Positions 1-9,813 of a stretch of DNA of 64,000 nt are shown in pieces. Numbering within the stretch: the stretch's first letter is position 1; every line of letters starts with the position of its first letter. The stretch comes from Bacteroidota bacterium. Lineage in GTDB: Bacteria > Bacteroidota > Bacteroidia > 2-12-FULL-35-15. Position numbers and translations under genes: made by a program. Where the stretch lies: positions 67,154 through 131,153 of the forward strand of contig CANFRC010000010.1 of assembly GCA_947449315.1 (NCBI GenBank). The letters run 5' to 3'. The notes under the pieces were generated by a model. That model was not told the DNA's origin. It ran no database searches and saw only the letters and a program-made list of their open reading frames with translations.

Positions 1-210
1 AACAATCTTATTGTCAATATGTTATTCAACCTAAAGTTGAAAAATTCAAAAAGGTTTTTAAAGATAAATTGAAACATTAGTTGTTATAACCGATTGCCTG
101 AATTATTTGAGAAGCTTTTTCATTTTATCAAAAAATAAGAGTCATTGAAAGAAAAAAAACGCTGGTAAGGATCTAGATTACTTCGTAATATTTTTTCAAA
201 TAAAAATTGT

Positions 211-218
211 TAACTTTG
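211..218 (+). promoter_or_regulatory. Bacteroidota sigma-A -7 element (TAACTTTG) upstream of desaturase
   Basis: Exact TAnnTTTG match ending 5 nt before the ATG at 224; would imply a very short leader. Confidence 0.55.
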
Positions 219-223
219 CAACC

Positions 224-1210
224 ATGCTTAAAGGAAAAGAACTTATTCTTGCAACTAAACCATTTGCGAAAGAGATTCGATGGAAAAGTTGGTATTATAC
301 TCTTTCTGCCTTCTTTTTTTTAATCACCTTTCTTCTTGGTACTTATTTCGTTCCCACTCTTTTTGGTAAAATACTATCCAGTGTATTAAGCGCTGTATTT
401 TTAACACGCTTCTTCATGATCTTTCATGATTATCAACATCATGCAATTCTTCAAAAATCATTTTTAGCTAATGTCATTTTTACTATCTATGGTTTTTACA
501 TGCTAACGCCACCCAGCATCTGGAAGCGTTCTCACGATCACCATCACAATAATAATGCAAAACTGTTCAGTGCAAATATTGGCTCGTTTCCAATCATGAC
601 CAAGCAAAAGTTTATGGAAGCAAGTAGAAGTGAAAGAAGGATCTATTTAGCAATCAGACATCCGTTTAATATGATATTTGCCTATTTCACGATGTTTATA
701 TACGGAATGTGTATACAATCATTTATTAGTAGTCCCCGCAGACATTGGGATTCTTTGGCAACATTGATCATTCATATTGCAATTGCTACATTACTCATCA
801 TTTATGTAAGTCCGCTGACCTGGTTCTTAGCATTCTTTTTACCCTTTTTCCTATCACATATGGTAGGAGCCTATTTGTTTTACGCACAGCACACATTTCC
901 TGGAGTTATTTTTAAAAGTAATACAGAATGGAGTTATGCTGATGCAGCTTTAGAATCATCTAGTTTTTTAAAAATGAATCCAATTTTACGATGGGTAACA
1001 GCAAATATTGGATATCACCACATTCATCATTTAAATGCAAGAATACCATTCTATCGTTTGCCGGAAGCGATGGCAAGTATTGAGGAACTTCAAAAAGCAA
1101 AAGTAACTACGTTTAAATTTTCTGATATTATTTCTTGTTTACGCCTAAAATTATGGGATTCGGAGGCTAATCGAATGATCTCACTAAAAGAAGTCCATCT
1201 TTCGAATTAA
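224..1210 (+). CDS. Membrane fatty acid desaturase (Des/DesA-like)
   Basis: Three His boxes (HDYQHH, HDHHH, HHIHH), hydrophobic segments, IPFYRL motif. Confidence 0.9.
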   Translation: MLKGKELILATKPFAKEIRWKSWYYTLSAFFFLITFLLGTYFVPTLFGKILSSVLSAVFLTRFFMIFHDYQHHAILQKSFLANVIFTIYGFYMLTPPSIWKRSHDHHHNNNAKLFSANIGSFPIMTKQKFMEASRSERRIYLAIRHPFNMIFAYFTMFIYGMCIQSFISSPRRHWDSLATLIIHIAIATLLIIYVSPLTWFLAFFLPFFLSHMVGAYLFYAQHTFPGVIFKSNTEWSYADAALESSSFLKMNPILRWVTANIGYHHIHHLNARIPFYRLPEAMASIEELQKAKVTTFKFSDIISCLRLKLWDSEANRMISLKEVHLSN

Positions 1211-1247
1211 TTAATTTTCGAGTATTTTTTTTCAATAGTATCTAATA

Positions 1248-2279
1248 CTATTCATGCTCCTCACTCCTATTTTCCTTTTCAATCGTATTCAATCGATTTA
1301 CAATTGAATCTAGATTGCGGAAATGTATGTATGACTTTCGGTATTTATTTGCTTCAAAAGCTGGAGAACCCATATACACTTCACCTTTTTTAGTAATACT
1401 TTTTGAGATACCCGATTGAGCTGTAATAATTGTATTGTCAGCAATTTCAACATGCCCTACTATTCCAACCTGACCGCTAAACATACAGTTTTTCCCAATC
1501 TTAGAAGAACCTGCAATAACTCCCTGTGCAGCGATATAAGTGTTTTCACCTACTTCCACGTTATGAGCAATGTGGATTAGATTATCAAATTTGACTCCTT
1601 TTCTTAATATCGTTGAACCTAACGTGGCTCTATCAATTGCACAATTAGCACCAATTTCCACATTATCCTCTATGATGACATTACCAATCTGAGGAATTTT
1701 TTGGTTGTCGTTTTGGGGGTTAAATCTGAAACCATCACTGCCAATTACGGTTCCTGAATGGATGATACAATCCTTTCCTATCAGAGTTTCTGAATAAATT
1801 TTCACACCAGCAAACAATGTTGTATTATCACCTATTACTGCGTTTTCACCAATAAATACCTGAGGATAGATTTTTACATTGTTTCCTATTGTCACATTAT
1901 CGCTGATAACAGCAAATTCACCCGCGTATATATTCGTTCCTACTTTTGCTGTTTCTGAAATAAAAGCGTGTTTTGAGATACCTGATTTATTCAATTTCAC
2001 TTGATTATACATTTCAAGTAATTTAGAAAATGCGGTTTCTGCACTATCCACCCTAATCAAGGTAGCAGCTACAGGTCCGGTTAATACAAGATCTTTGTTT
2101 ACTATGACTAATGAAGCTTTTGTATGATAAATATATTGCGTGTATTTAGGATTGGCAAGGAAAGAAATTGATCCAGGAACACCTTCCTCAATTTTAGATA
2201 ATTTACTGATTTTAACTGTCGCGTCACCTTCTATCTGACCTCGCAATATATCGGCAACTTGCTGAGCTGAAAATTCCAT
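1248..2279 (-). CDS. lpxD: UDP-3-O-(3-hydroxyacyl)glucosamine N-acyltransferase
   Basis: N-terminal ISFLANPKY uridine-binding domain, hexapeptide repeats, IGNVIIEDNVEIGANCAIDRATLG and DNLIHIAHNV motifs. Confidence 0.93.
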   Translation of the reverse strand: MEFSAQQVADILRGQIEGDATVKISKLSKIEEGVPGSISFLANPKYTQYIYHTKASLVIVNKDLVLTGPVAATLIRVDSAETAFSKLLEMYNQVKLNKSGISKHAFISETAKVGTNIYAGEFAVISDNVTIGNNVKIYPQVFIGENAVIGDNTTLFAGVKIYSETLIGKDCIIHSGTVIGSDGFRFNPQNDNQKIPQIGNVIIEDNVEIGANCAIDRATLGSTILRKGVKFDNLIHIAHNVEVGENTYIAAQGVIAGSSKIGKNCMFSGQVGIVGHVEIADNTIITAQSGISKSITKKGEVYMGSPAFEANKYRKSYIHFRNLDSIVNRLNTIEKENRSEEHE

Positions 2280-2356
2280 TTTGTAGTTTTTTAATTGAAC
2301 TATAAAGTTAAAAAATATTCTATTTAGATCTCTTAGTACTGATTATAAATTCTACT

Positions 2357-3451
2357 TTATTCTTCCAATGCCATTGAAACAGAATACCCTCGCCATTTAT
2401 TAATGACAGCCAACATATCATCGGGTAATTCAGAATCAAAATGAATATATTTTCCAGTTACAGGATGATTAAAACCTAATGACTTCGCATGTAACGCATG
2501 TCGAGGCATGATCGTAAAACAATTTTCTACAAACTGTTTGTATTTTGCAAAGGTGGTGCCTTTTAAAATCCGGTCGCCACCATAAACTTCATCATTAAAT
2601 AATGAATGTCCGATATACTTCATATGAGCTCGTATTTGATGTGTCCTGCCTGTTTCCAATTTACATTGGATCAAAGTAACATATCCAAAACGTTCTAATA
2701 CTTTATAATGTGTGACCGCATGTTTTCCTTCCTCGCTTTCCGGAGGAAAAACATCCATCTTCTTTCTGTCTTTTAAATGACGGCCTATATTTCCTGTAAT
2801 GGTTCCTTCATCTTCCTGAAAATCCCCCCAAACCAAAGCATAATAAATTCGGTCTAAATTTCTATCAAAAAAATCTTTCGCCAATTTTACCATTGCGGTT
2901 TCACTTTTTGCAACCACCATGATACCACTTGTATTTTTATCGAGACGATGAACCAAGCCTGGGCGAAGTATAGCTTGTTCTTTTGACTTTTTGGTGGCTT
3001 CCACAGTTCCTCCGTAATTACTAACAGGAAGTTGATTAAAATGATAAACCAAGGCGTTAACCAATGTTCCTTTATAATTTCCATATCCTGGATGAACTAC
3101 CATTCCAGGTTCTTTGTTTACAATAACAAGGTCATCATCTTCGTAAACGATATCGACTGGGATATTCTGAGGAATTAATTCTATTTCGCGAGGAGGATGA
3201 GCGAAAACAACAGTAATAACATCAAAAGGTTTTACTTTGTAATTCGACTTAACAGGTTTTTCATTTACAAGTATATTCCCATTCTCCGCTGCTTGTTGAA
3301 TTTTTGAGCGGGTAGCATTCTGTGTTCTATTCATCAAAAACTTATCAATACGCAATAAGTCTTGACCTTTATCTACAACAACTCTAAGATGTTCAAATAA
3401 TTCCTGATCATCATCCTGTTCTTCTGCTAAATCTACTTCTTCTTCCTTCAT
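2357..3451 (-). CDS. rluD: RluA-family 23S rRNA pseudouridine synthase (RluD-like, S4 domain)
   Basis: RIDKFL S4 domain, NKEPGMVVHP, catalytic HRLD, LETGRTHQIR. Confidence 0.92.
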   Translation of the reverse strand: MKEEEVDLAEEQDDDQELFEHLRVVVDKGQDLLRIDKFLMNRTQNATRSKIQQAAENGNILVNEKPVKSNYKVKPFDVITVVFAHPPREIELIPQNIPVDIVYEDDDLVIVNKEPGMVVHPGYGNYKGTLVNALVYHFNQLPVSNYGGTVEATKKSKEQAILRPGLVHRLDKNTSGIMVVAKSETAMVKLAKDFFDRNLDRIYYALVWGDFQEDEGTITGNIGRHLKDRKKMDVFPPESEEGKHAVTHYKVLERFGYVTLIQCKLETGRTHQIRAHMKYIGHSLFNDEVYGGDRILKGTTFAKYKQFVENCFTIMPRHALHAKSLGFNHPVTGKYIHFDSELPDDMLAVINKWRGYSVSMALEE

Positions 3452-3475
3452 ACTGATGATCCAATTGTATAGGAT

Positions 3476-5392
3476 CTATTTTGTTTTAATGAATTTATGT
3501 GTTGACAAGACTGAGCCTTCCGTAATCTGAATAAAATACACTCCTTCTTTTAAGTCAGAAATAACTATTGAATGATGATACGGTGTTGACTCAACAATTG
3601 TTCTTCCGAGCATATCTATCATAGTATACGAAGTTTTTTCAGATAAATTTCCATCAGCCGATTTGATAAATATCTCATCAGTGGAAGGATTTGGATAAAT
3701 AGTAAGTGAATTTAACTTTGCAGCTGCAATGTCATGAACACCGGTAAATTCCCATTGATACCCCAAAACTGGATGTAACATTAATGAACCAACAAATGGA
3801 GAGGAATACCACGTTCCTGTTACATTATAAAATATTTTATCTTGCGTGTTACTGTTTTTATCGACACCGATATTGAGAAACTCCGTTGTATTTTGTTCGA
3901 ATCCAAAATAATAACTTCCAGGAGTTAAATATAAGGGTGCATCTAATTTATATCGGATAAACTGATTGTATACAATTCCTCCATAGACAGGAGATAACGC
4001 TTCGCTACTTGTGTAAATTGGAGATCCAGGGACTCCTCCACCATCACTCCAAACTTTTAAATAAAAAGAATAGATGGATGTATTTGTAAGAAATGGATTA
4101 AAAAAGATATCAATGTATTGAAGCGAATCTGGTTGGTTAGTCGTAAATTTTTCGGCCATTTGAGCATGAAGTGTACTTAAACCAAAGGAATTTTCAGCTG
4201 TCCCATCATCATAAGCATATGAATTGAAAAACTCGTGGGTAACCCTCAGTGTATCGTTTTCGGGATTCAAATTCACGCCACCTATATAATGTTTTATAGT
4301 AAAACGAGATGGTCCGGTTAAATTCGTAGGAAAAACGGTTGTATCAATTTTAGCTCCGGAGCGGCATCCAGCAGGAATATCACAAGCAGAATAGGTATGT
4401 GTTGTTTCAAATGAAAGCAAGTTAAAAGAACCTACGCTGCTATAGGTATCTAGTAGCGAGGAGGTAAAATCATTCCATATCTCATGGCCATAAGATATAT
4501 TTATAAAAGAAGTTGTTCCTGATTTATTATATCTTAAATAGTTATTGATTGTATCTGTAAGATCCGAACTATTGAATTGCTCCCAAGGCATTTGTCTGTA
4601 ATTTTTCAGAAGGGATGTTCCATTGTAAACAAAGGAAACATCATTGAATGAAGTATCTGCTTTGCTTCTCAACTTATTTAAATAAACATAATCTATATTC
4701 CAATGGTCTGTATTTCCACTTAAAGTTGCATAGTTTTTAAATCTGAATTGAAAACCTTTTTGTAAAAAAAGGGAATTGGTTATTGGTATCATTACCAGTG
4801 TCCAAGAGCTATCGTTTGTGGCAAGGGTACTTCCTTTTTTTGCCCATACATTCTGAAACGAATTGGTTATACCCGGAGCTTTAAATTGCAAGACAAGAGA
4901 ATCTGAGTATTCAGGGGCATTTCCATTTCCTTGTGGTTGGTAATAGAAGCTGAAATAGACAGAATCACTGGGAAGAAAACTTAAATTTATTGGTTTGGAT
5001 GTTAAATAATCTGCTGCAGCTGATGATGTTGCAGTGGCTGTAAAATCGTAGGGCATACCTGTATACGTCAATCCGTCAAATGTTGCAGCACCAATTGTGA
5101 TAGGAGATTTTGCAAACCCACGATTTATAAAAACAAAATTATCCATCCACAAAGAAGTATCCGGATATGGACCCTCATAGGAAAAGTCATCCAAAATTCC
5201 CAAAGCCCCCAAAGAAATCGTATCTGAAATAGAAGGCGATTTTACTAACGACCTTGATTTTAGTTCATTGTATTTAGAAACAAGCATTTGATTTGTTGTC
5301 AATTCATTTTCAACCAAACCTTGCGAAAACAAAAGATTTGAAAGAAACAAAAAGACAAAAATTAAACTATTTTTTTTAATCAAAATCCTCAT
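3476..5392 (-). CDS. Secreted protein with T9SS type A C-terminal sorting domain, function unknown
   Basis: Likely start is the ATG at 5392 (MRILIKK, then a hydrophobic signal peptide), overlapping the end of the PASTA gene; C-terminal IYPNPS...GVYFIQI...KFIK. Confidence 0.85.
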   Translation of the reverse strand: MRILIKKNSLIFVFLFLSNLLFSQGLVENELTTNQMLVSKYNELKSRSLVKSPSISDTISLGALGILDDFSYEGPYPDTSLWMDNFVFINRGFAKSPITIGAATFDGLTYTGMPYDFTATATSSAAADYLTSKPINLSFLPSDSVYFSFYYQPQGNGNAPEYSDSLVLQFKAPGITNSFQNVWAKKGSTLATNDSSWTLVMIPITNSLFLQKGFQFRFKNYATLSGNTDHWNIDYVYLNKLRSKADTSFNDVSFVYNGTSLLKNYRQMPWEQFNSSDLTDTINNYLRYNKSGTTSFINISYGHEIWNDFTSSLLDTYSSVGSFNLLSFETTHTYSACDIPAGCRSGAKIDTTVFPTNLTGPSRFTIKHYIGGVNLNPENDTLRVTHEFFNSYAYDDGTAENSFGLSTLHAQMAEKFTTNQPDSLQYIDIFFNPFLTNTSIYSFYLKVWSDGGGVPGSPIYTSSEALSPVYGGIVYNQFIRYKLDAPLYLTPGSYYFGFEQNTTEFLNIGVDKNSNTQDKIFYNVTGTWYSSPFVGSLMLHPVLGYQWEFTGVHDIAAAKLNSLTIYPNPSTDEIFIKSADGNLSEKTSYTMIDMLGRTIVESTPYHHSIVISDLKEGVYFIQITEGSVLSTHKFIKTK

Positions 5393-6212
5393 CTTTATTT
5401 TTATTTGTGGATGATGTATCCGATGCTGGAATTCTATTTTTATCAGTTGTAAAATACAGATCGACTGTTCCACCCATATTTATGCTTGCATCTTTTGAAC
5501 AAGAGGGTGACTGCCTGTATACTCTTGCGGATGAAGAAGTAGAATCTTTCGGGTTATCAAAAGTGATTGCACCAATACTTAAAGAAGCATCGGCCAATTT
5601 TGCCAAAGCTTGATTGCGAGATAAACCATATAAACAAGGAACAGCTACTTCTTCATCGCTCAAGCCTTTTCCAACAACCAATTCAATGATCGTTCCTTTT
5701 GGAATGGAAACGCCCGGTTCAATTTTTTTGCCATTCACCAATTGATTCAAAACACAATTTGCACATTGGTCCGGAACAAATCTTGGAGGATTTTTGAGTT
5801 TCAATCCAAAGGTGGTTATCATCGCTACGGCTTGGCGTAAAGAACGGTCTATCAATTTTGGCATTAAAATACTTGGTGGTAAAATAGATGTTACGTATAA
5901 ATAAATTGTACGGTTGTTTTTCACCTTCGCACCAGCTTCCGGCTCTTGTTTAACTACTGTTCCATTGGGTGCTTTGGTGTCATAAATAGAGTCTATGACA
6001 AGATAACGGAGATTTTTATCAGAAACAAAATTATCCAATTCAGCCAATTTCACTCCCGAAAAGTCAGGAACTACAACCGTTTCACCATGATTTGTAGTAG
6101 CACTCAACCAGGAAATGATCAACCAACAGATCAAAACAAACGAAACTAAATAAATAGCAAGATGTTTGAAAAATGTTTTACTCTTTAAAAATTGAATCAG
6201 CCCTTTGAACAT
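5376..6212 (-). CDS. Membrane-anchored PASTA domain protein (three PASTA repeats)
   Basis: N-terminal TM helix; VPDFSG, MPKLIDRSLRQA and VPCLYGLSRNQA repeats; usual Bacteroidota position next to ddl. Confidence 0.88.
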   Translation of the reverse strand: MFKGLIQFLKSKTFFKHLAIYLVSFVLICWLIISWLSATTNHGETVVVPDFSGVKLAELDNFVSDKNLRYLVIDSIYDTKAPNGTVVKQEPEAGAKVKNNRTIYLYVTSILPPSILMPKLIDRSLRQAVAMITTFGLKLKNPPRFVPDQCANCVLNQLVNGKKIEPGVSIPKGTIIELVVGKGLSDEEVAVPCLYGLSRNQALAKLADASLSIGAITFDNPKDSTSSSARVYRQSPSCSKDASINMGGTVDLYFTTDKNRIPASDTSSTNKNKDEDFD

Positions 6213-6357
6213 ATATGATTGCCGTGGAAATTAGATTACGAATGTACGAATTTTAGGGAAACGAAAAAAATGGATTTTAATTGCCTTTTTCAAAACAAAA
6301 CAGGTGATGTTTTTTTAAGATCAATAACAATTATTCTCTAGCAAAAAAAGAGTAACA

Positions 6358-9060
6358 CTATTTAACTGCTAATTTTTTTTTCTGAAAACCAAACTCAAGA
6401 ATACGATCAATAAAGTCGTATGGCTTATAACCGTTAATAGCCGTTTGATGAAAAATACATGTTGCAGGTGTCATTCCCGGTAAAGAGTTCACTTCAATAA
6501 ATACAACATCTATCTTGCTTGGACTGTAAATACGGACAAATGCATCGATACGGGTATAACCATTGATATTTAACAATTTGGCAGCATTACCCAAAGTTTG
6601 CTTCACGGTATCAGAAATTTGTTGGCGTTCTTTTGAGTCCTTTGAATAACGAGCAGGAGTAATATTCTGACCTTGCCCTGCAAGAAATTTCTCTTCCAAT
6701 GATAATACTTCTCCTTCACTTAAGGCTTCTGATGCTTCAAAAACTTCATAATGAATATTCCCTTGCTCATCATATTTGGTAAGCATTCCACCAGTTATCT
6801 CTAAAAAATGTTTCGCATCTCTTTTAGAAATAAGCTCTTCTACTAAAATGACTTGTTTTTGAGGAAACTCTTCCTTGTCTTTAATATGCAAAAGAGCGGC
6901 AGCAGCGGAATCCAAATTTTCTTGCTTGCGAAAAATCAGTTTAGCAAAAGCCTCAAATTCTTCTGCCGTCTTTATTTTTTTTACAGCTGATGAACAACCA
7001 TCATCTACTGGCTTTGCGATAAAAGGGTAATGTATTTTTTCTTTTATCGAATTCAAAACCTCTTTATGGTTTTTAGTCCAAGCTTCTTCAGTAACCAATA
7101 AATGTTCTGCTACTAAAAAACCATTTTGTTTTAAAATTTCATTTGTTTTGTATTTATCGATTGTAATTCGTGAACTCTCTACTCCTGATCCATTGTAAGG
7201 CAGCCCTACCCTCTCCAGATTCACTTGAACAGCACCATCTTCACCCGGACGACCATGCAAAGCAATAAAAACACAATCAACCATCTTTGCAAGATCCTCG
7301 TAAGACAAACGTTTAGGTTTAGCTAAATTATCTTTATTAGAATATTTTGTAGTTATTCCAGAACACTCATCAATAATATCTTTTACAAGATCATGTATTT
7401 TATAATTGTCGATCTTTTCTTTTATATCGTCAGCATTATCTTTCAATAAGATATTGACTGGAATCTGATACATGATGTGCTCCTCATTATTTCCTGTAAG
7501 AAATACCGGAACAGGTTCGTATTTTGCAGAAGAAGCCAATTTTTCGTAAATATTCCTTCCGCTTTCAACTGAAATATGCCGTTCGGAAGAATAGCCACCC
7601 AAAATTACAGCTACTTTTATTTTGTGAGTTGTTGCATTTCTATCTTCCTTAATGGAAGTATCTAACGTTTTCATCAATGCATCATATATACCATTGTTTT
7701 TGCCTGCAATGATGCGCTGAGCAAGAGAAGTTCGAATAATGTATGTCAGAAATTGGGAAGGGTTCAAGCCAATTTCAGCAGCTTGATGAAAGAAAAAAGA
7801 AGAGGGCATCATTCCTGAAGTGGTATTGGGATCATTCAGGAATATCTTTCCTTCATTAGAAATAAATCCATCGATACGTGCATAGACATCAAAACTCAAG
7901 GCATAAAATAATCGTTGGCATTCTTTTCTAATAGCTTGAATTTGTTCATTCGGAATATCGATGGGCGTTATTTTTCGGGATAATCCGGGAAGATATTTGG
8001 AGCGGTAATCGAATAATTCTTTTCCTTTTCTTATTTCTGTCGGAGGAAGTGCAATTGCTTTTCCATTTTCATCTTGAGCAACAATACAAGAAAACTCTTT
8101 CCCTTCAATGAAACCTTCAACAAGCACTTTACTTTCGCCATCCAATGCCGCCAGAATTAAACCTTCATTTTCTTTTTGAAAGGCGCCATCAAGATATAAA
8201 ATCAACTCCTGCGGATGGTATACCGTATGAACCATTTTATCTGAACCTGAAACTGTCAGTGGCATTCCGATGCCTTCACGAATGTCTGACAAAGCTCTTA
8301 CAAAAATGTTTTTTTCCTCACCGTTTAATTTTTTCCAATCCGTTGCATCAACCCATTTGGTAAAGAAAGCCTTTTCCACCGCTTTCATAAACTCCAATTC
8401 GGAGTCTTTATGCAAAATACTAATCCCAATGGAAGAGCCTTGATTTGCAGGCTTTATAACGACAGGAAATCCGATTTCATTTTTTGCTTTTTGAAATGCC
8501 TCTTTCCAATTTCCTTTGATATAACTTTCCCTTTCAATCGTAAAAAATTTCGGACTATTGAATCCCGCATTGACCATTAATTGTTTTTGAATGCTTTTAT
8601 CTATTCCTATAGCAGAAGGCAAAACACCGGAACCAGAATAAGGTATTCCAAGATATTCGAACATCCCCTGGATCTTTCCATCTTCACCGAAAGGGCCATG
8701 CAGACATAAAAACGCAAAATCAAAAATGGATCTCAATTCTCCGGGTTCTACTTTCTTCCCTATCTTATGGATCATTTCAAGCTGTTGAGCGGAAGACAAC
8801 TGTCCGATCTGTTCGGCATAAATTTGAAAGTCTCCCTCCTTGTTGGGTAGGAATGCTGCAGGAGGATAAAAATCGCGCACACTTCCTTTGTAAACAAATT
8901 CCCAGTTAAGCAATACAAAATTCCCGAAGCTGTCAATGAATACTGGCACCGCTTCGAATAAAGATTTATTAAGGTTATCGTAAACCGTTCTTCCTCCTGC
9001 AAATGAAATTTCCCGTTCTTTAGAAAAACCTCCGAAAATGATTCCTATTTTTATTTTCAT
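6358..9060 (-). CDS. ddl: D-alanine--D-alanine ligase family protein with two complete tandem Ddl units (900 aa)
   Basis: Two copies each of GGxSxER, LHGxxGEDG, PYxGS, KP..xG, RID and N(T/S)xxGM; second unit begins at about residue 480. Confidence 0.9.
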   Translation of the reverse strand: MKIKIGIIFGGFSKEREISFAGGRTVYDNLNKSLFEAVPVFIDSFGNFVLLNWEFVYKGSVRDFYPPAAFLPNKEGDFQIYAEQIGQLSSAQQLEMIHKIGKKVEPGELRSIFDFAFLCLHGPFGEDGKIQGMFEYLGIPYSGSGVLPSAIGIDKSIQKQLMVNAGFNSPKFFTIERESYIKGNWKEAFQKAKNEIGFPVVIKPANQGSSIGISILHKDSELEFMKAVEKAFFTKWVDATDWKKLNGEEKNIFVRALSDIREGIGMPLTVSGSDKMVHTVYHPQELILYLDGAFQKENEGLILAALDGESKVLVEGFIEGKEFSCIVAQDENGKAIALPPTEIRKGKELFDYRSKYLPGLSRKITPIDIPNEQIQAIRKECQRLFYALSFDVYARIDGFISNEGKIFLNDPNTTSGMMPSSFFFHQAAEIGLNPSQFLTYIIRTSLAQRIIAGKNNGIYDALMKTLDTSIKEDRNATTHKIKVAVILGGYSSERHISVESGRNIYEKLASSAKYEPVPVFLTGNNEEHIMYQIPVNILLKDNADDIKEKIDNYKIHDLVKDIIDECSGITTKYSNKDNLAKPKRLSYEDLAKMVDCVFIALHGRPGEDGAVQVNLERVGLPYNGSGVESSRITIDKYKTNEILKQNGFLVAEHLLVTEEAWTKNHKEVLNSIKEKIHYPFIAKPVDDGCSSAVKKIKTAEEFEAFAKLIFRKQENLDSAAAALLHIKDKEEFPQKQVILVEELISKRDAKHFLEITGGMLTKYDEQGNIHYEVFEASEALSEGEVLSLEEKFLAGQGQNITPARYSKDSKERQQISDTVKQTLGNAAKLLNINGYTRIDAFVRIYSPSKIDVVFIEVNSLPGMTPATCIFHQTAINGYKPYDFIDRILEFGFQKKKLAVK

Positions 9061-9129
9061 ATACGAGACACGCTATTTTTACTACTAAGAAAGTGAGTGA
9101 AATTCTCACAAATTTAAGACTAAGGAGCC

Positions 9130-9714
9130 CTATTTTTCAGGGAGGTTCTTCAAGTATTCAACAAGTTTGTTAACAGCTATCGCCCGATGAGAAATTTTAT
9201 TTTTTTGAGAACTGTCCATCTCAGCAAAAGACATTGTAAAACCATCTGGAAGAAATATAGGGTCATAACCAAAACCTTTTTCACCCTGCCTTTGACTTAA
9301 GATTACCCCTGAAACAACGCCTTCAAACTGTTTTTCTTCCCCATTGATCACCAATGAAATAATCGTTTTAAACCGCGCCTTACGATTGCTAATACCTTTC
9401 ATTTCCAACAGAATCTTACTCATATTATCTTCCGCACTTTTACTTTCTCCTGCATATCGAGCAGAAAACACACCCGGGCGACCATCTAAAGCATCTACCT
9501 CTAACCCTGTGTCATCGGCAAAGCAATTGTGTTGGTATTTGTTGTAAACATAAAAAGCTTTTTGCGAAGCATTTCCTTCAATATTAGCTTGAGTTTCAGG
9601 GATTTCTTCAGAACAATGAATGTCGTTCAATGTTAAAACCTCAATACTTGGAGGAATTAAGGATTGGATTTCATTGGCTTTATTCTGATTGGCAGTTGCA
9701 AAGACGAGTTTCAT
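9130..9714 (-). CDS. rdgB: Non-canonical purine NTP pyrophosphatase (RdgB/HAM1)
   Basis: FATANQNK, ADDTGL, GFGYDPIF and KNKISHR motifs. Confidence 0.95.
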   Translation of the reverse strand: MKLVFATANQNKANEIQSLIPPSIEVLTLNDIHCSEEIPETQANIEGNASQKAFYVYNKYQHNCFADDTGLEVDALDGRPGVFSARYAGESKSAEDNMSKILLEMKGISNRKARFKTIISLVINGEEKQFEGVVSGVILSQRQGEKGFGYDPIFLPDGFTMSFAEMDSSQKNKISHRAIAVNKLVEYLKNLPEK

Positions 9715-9813
9715 AGTGCTCTATTTTTTTGTAAAAATACGTTTTTCTTCTGCTTTCAATTAGTTTAATATCCTTATATTTCGACTCTAAACTAAACTAA
9801 TTTACGATTTTTT

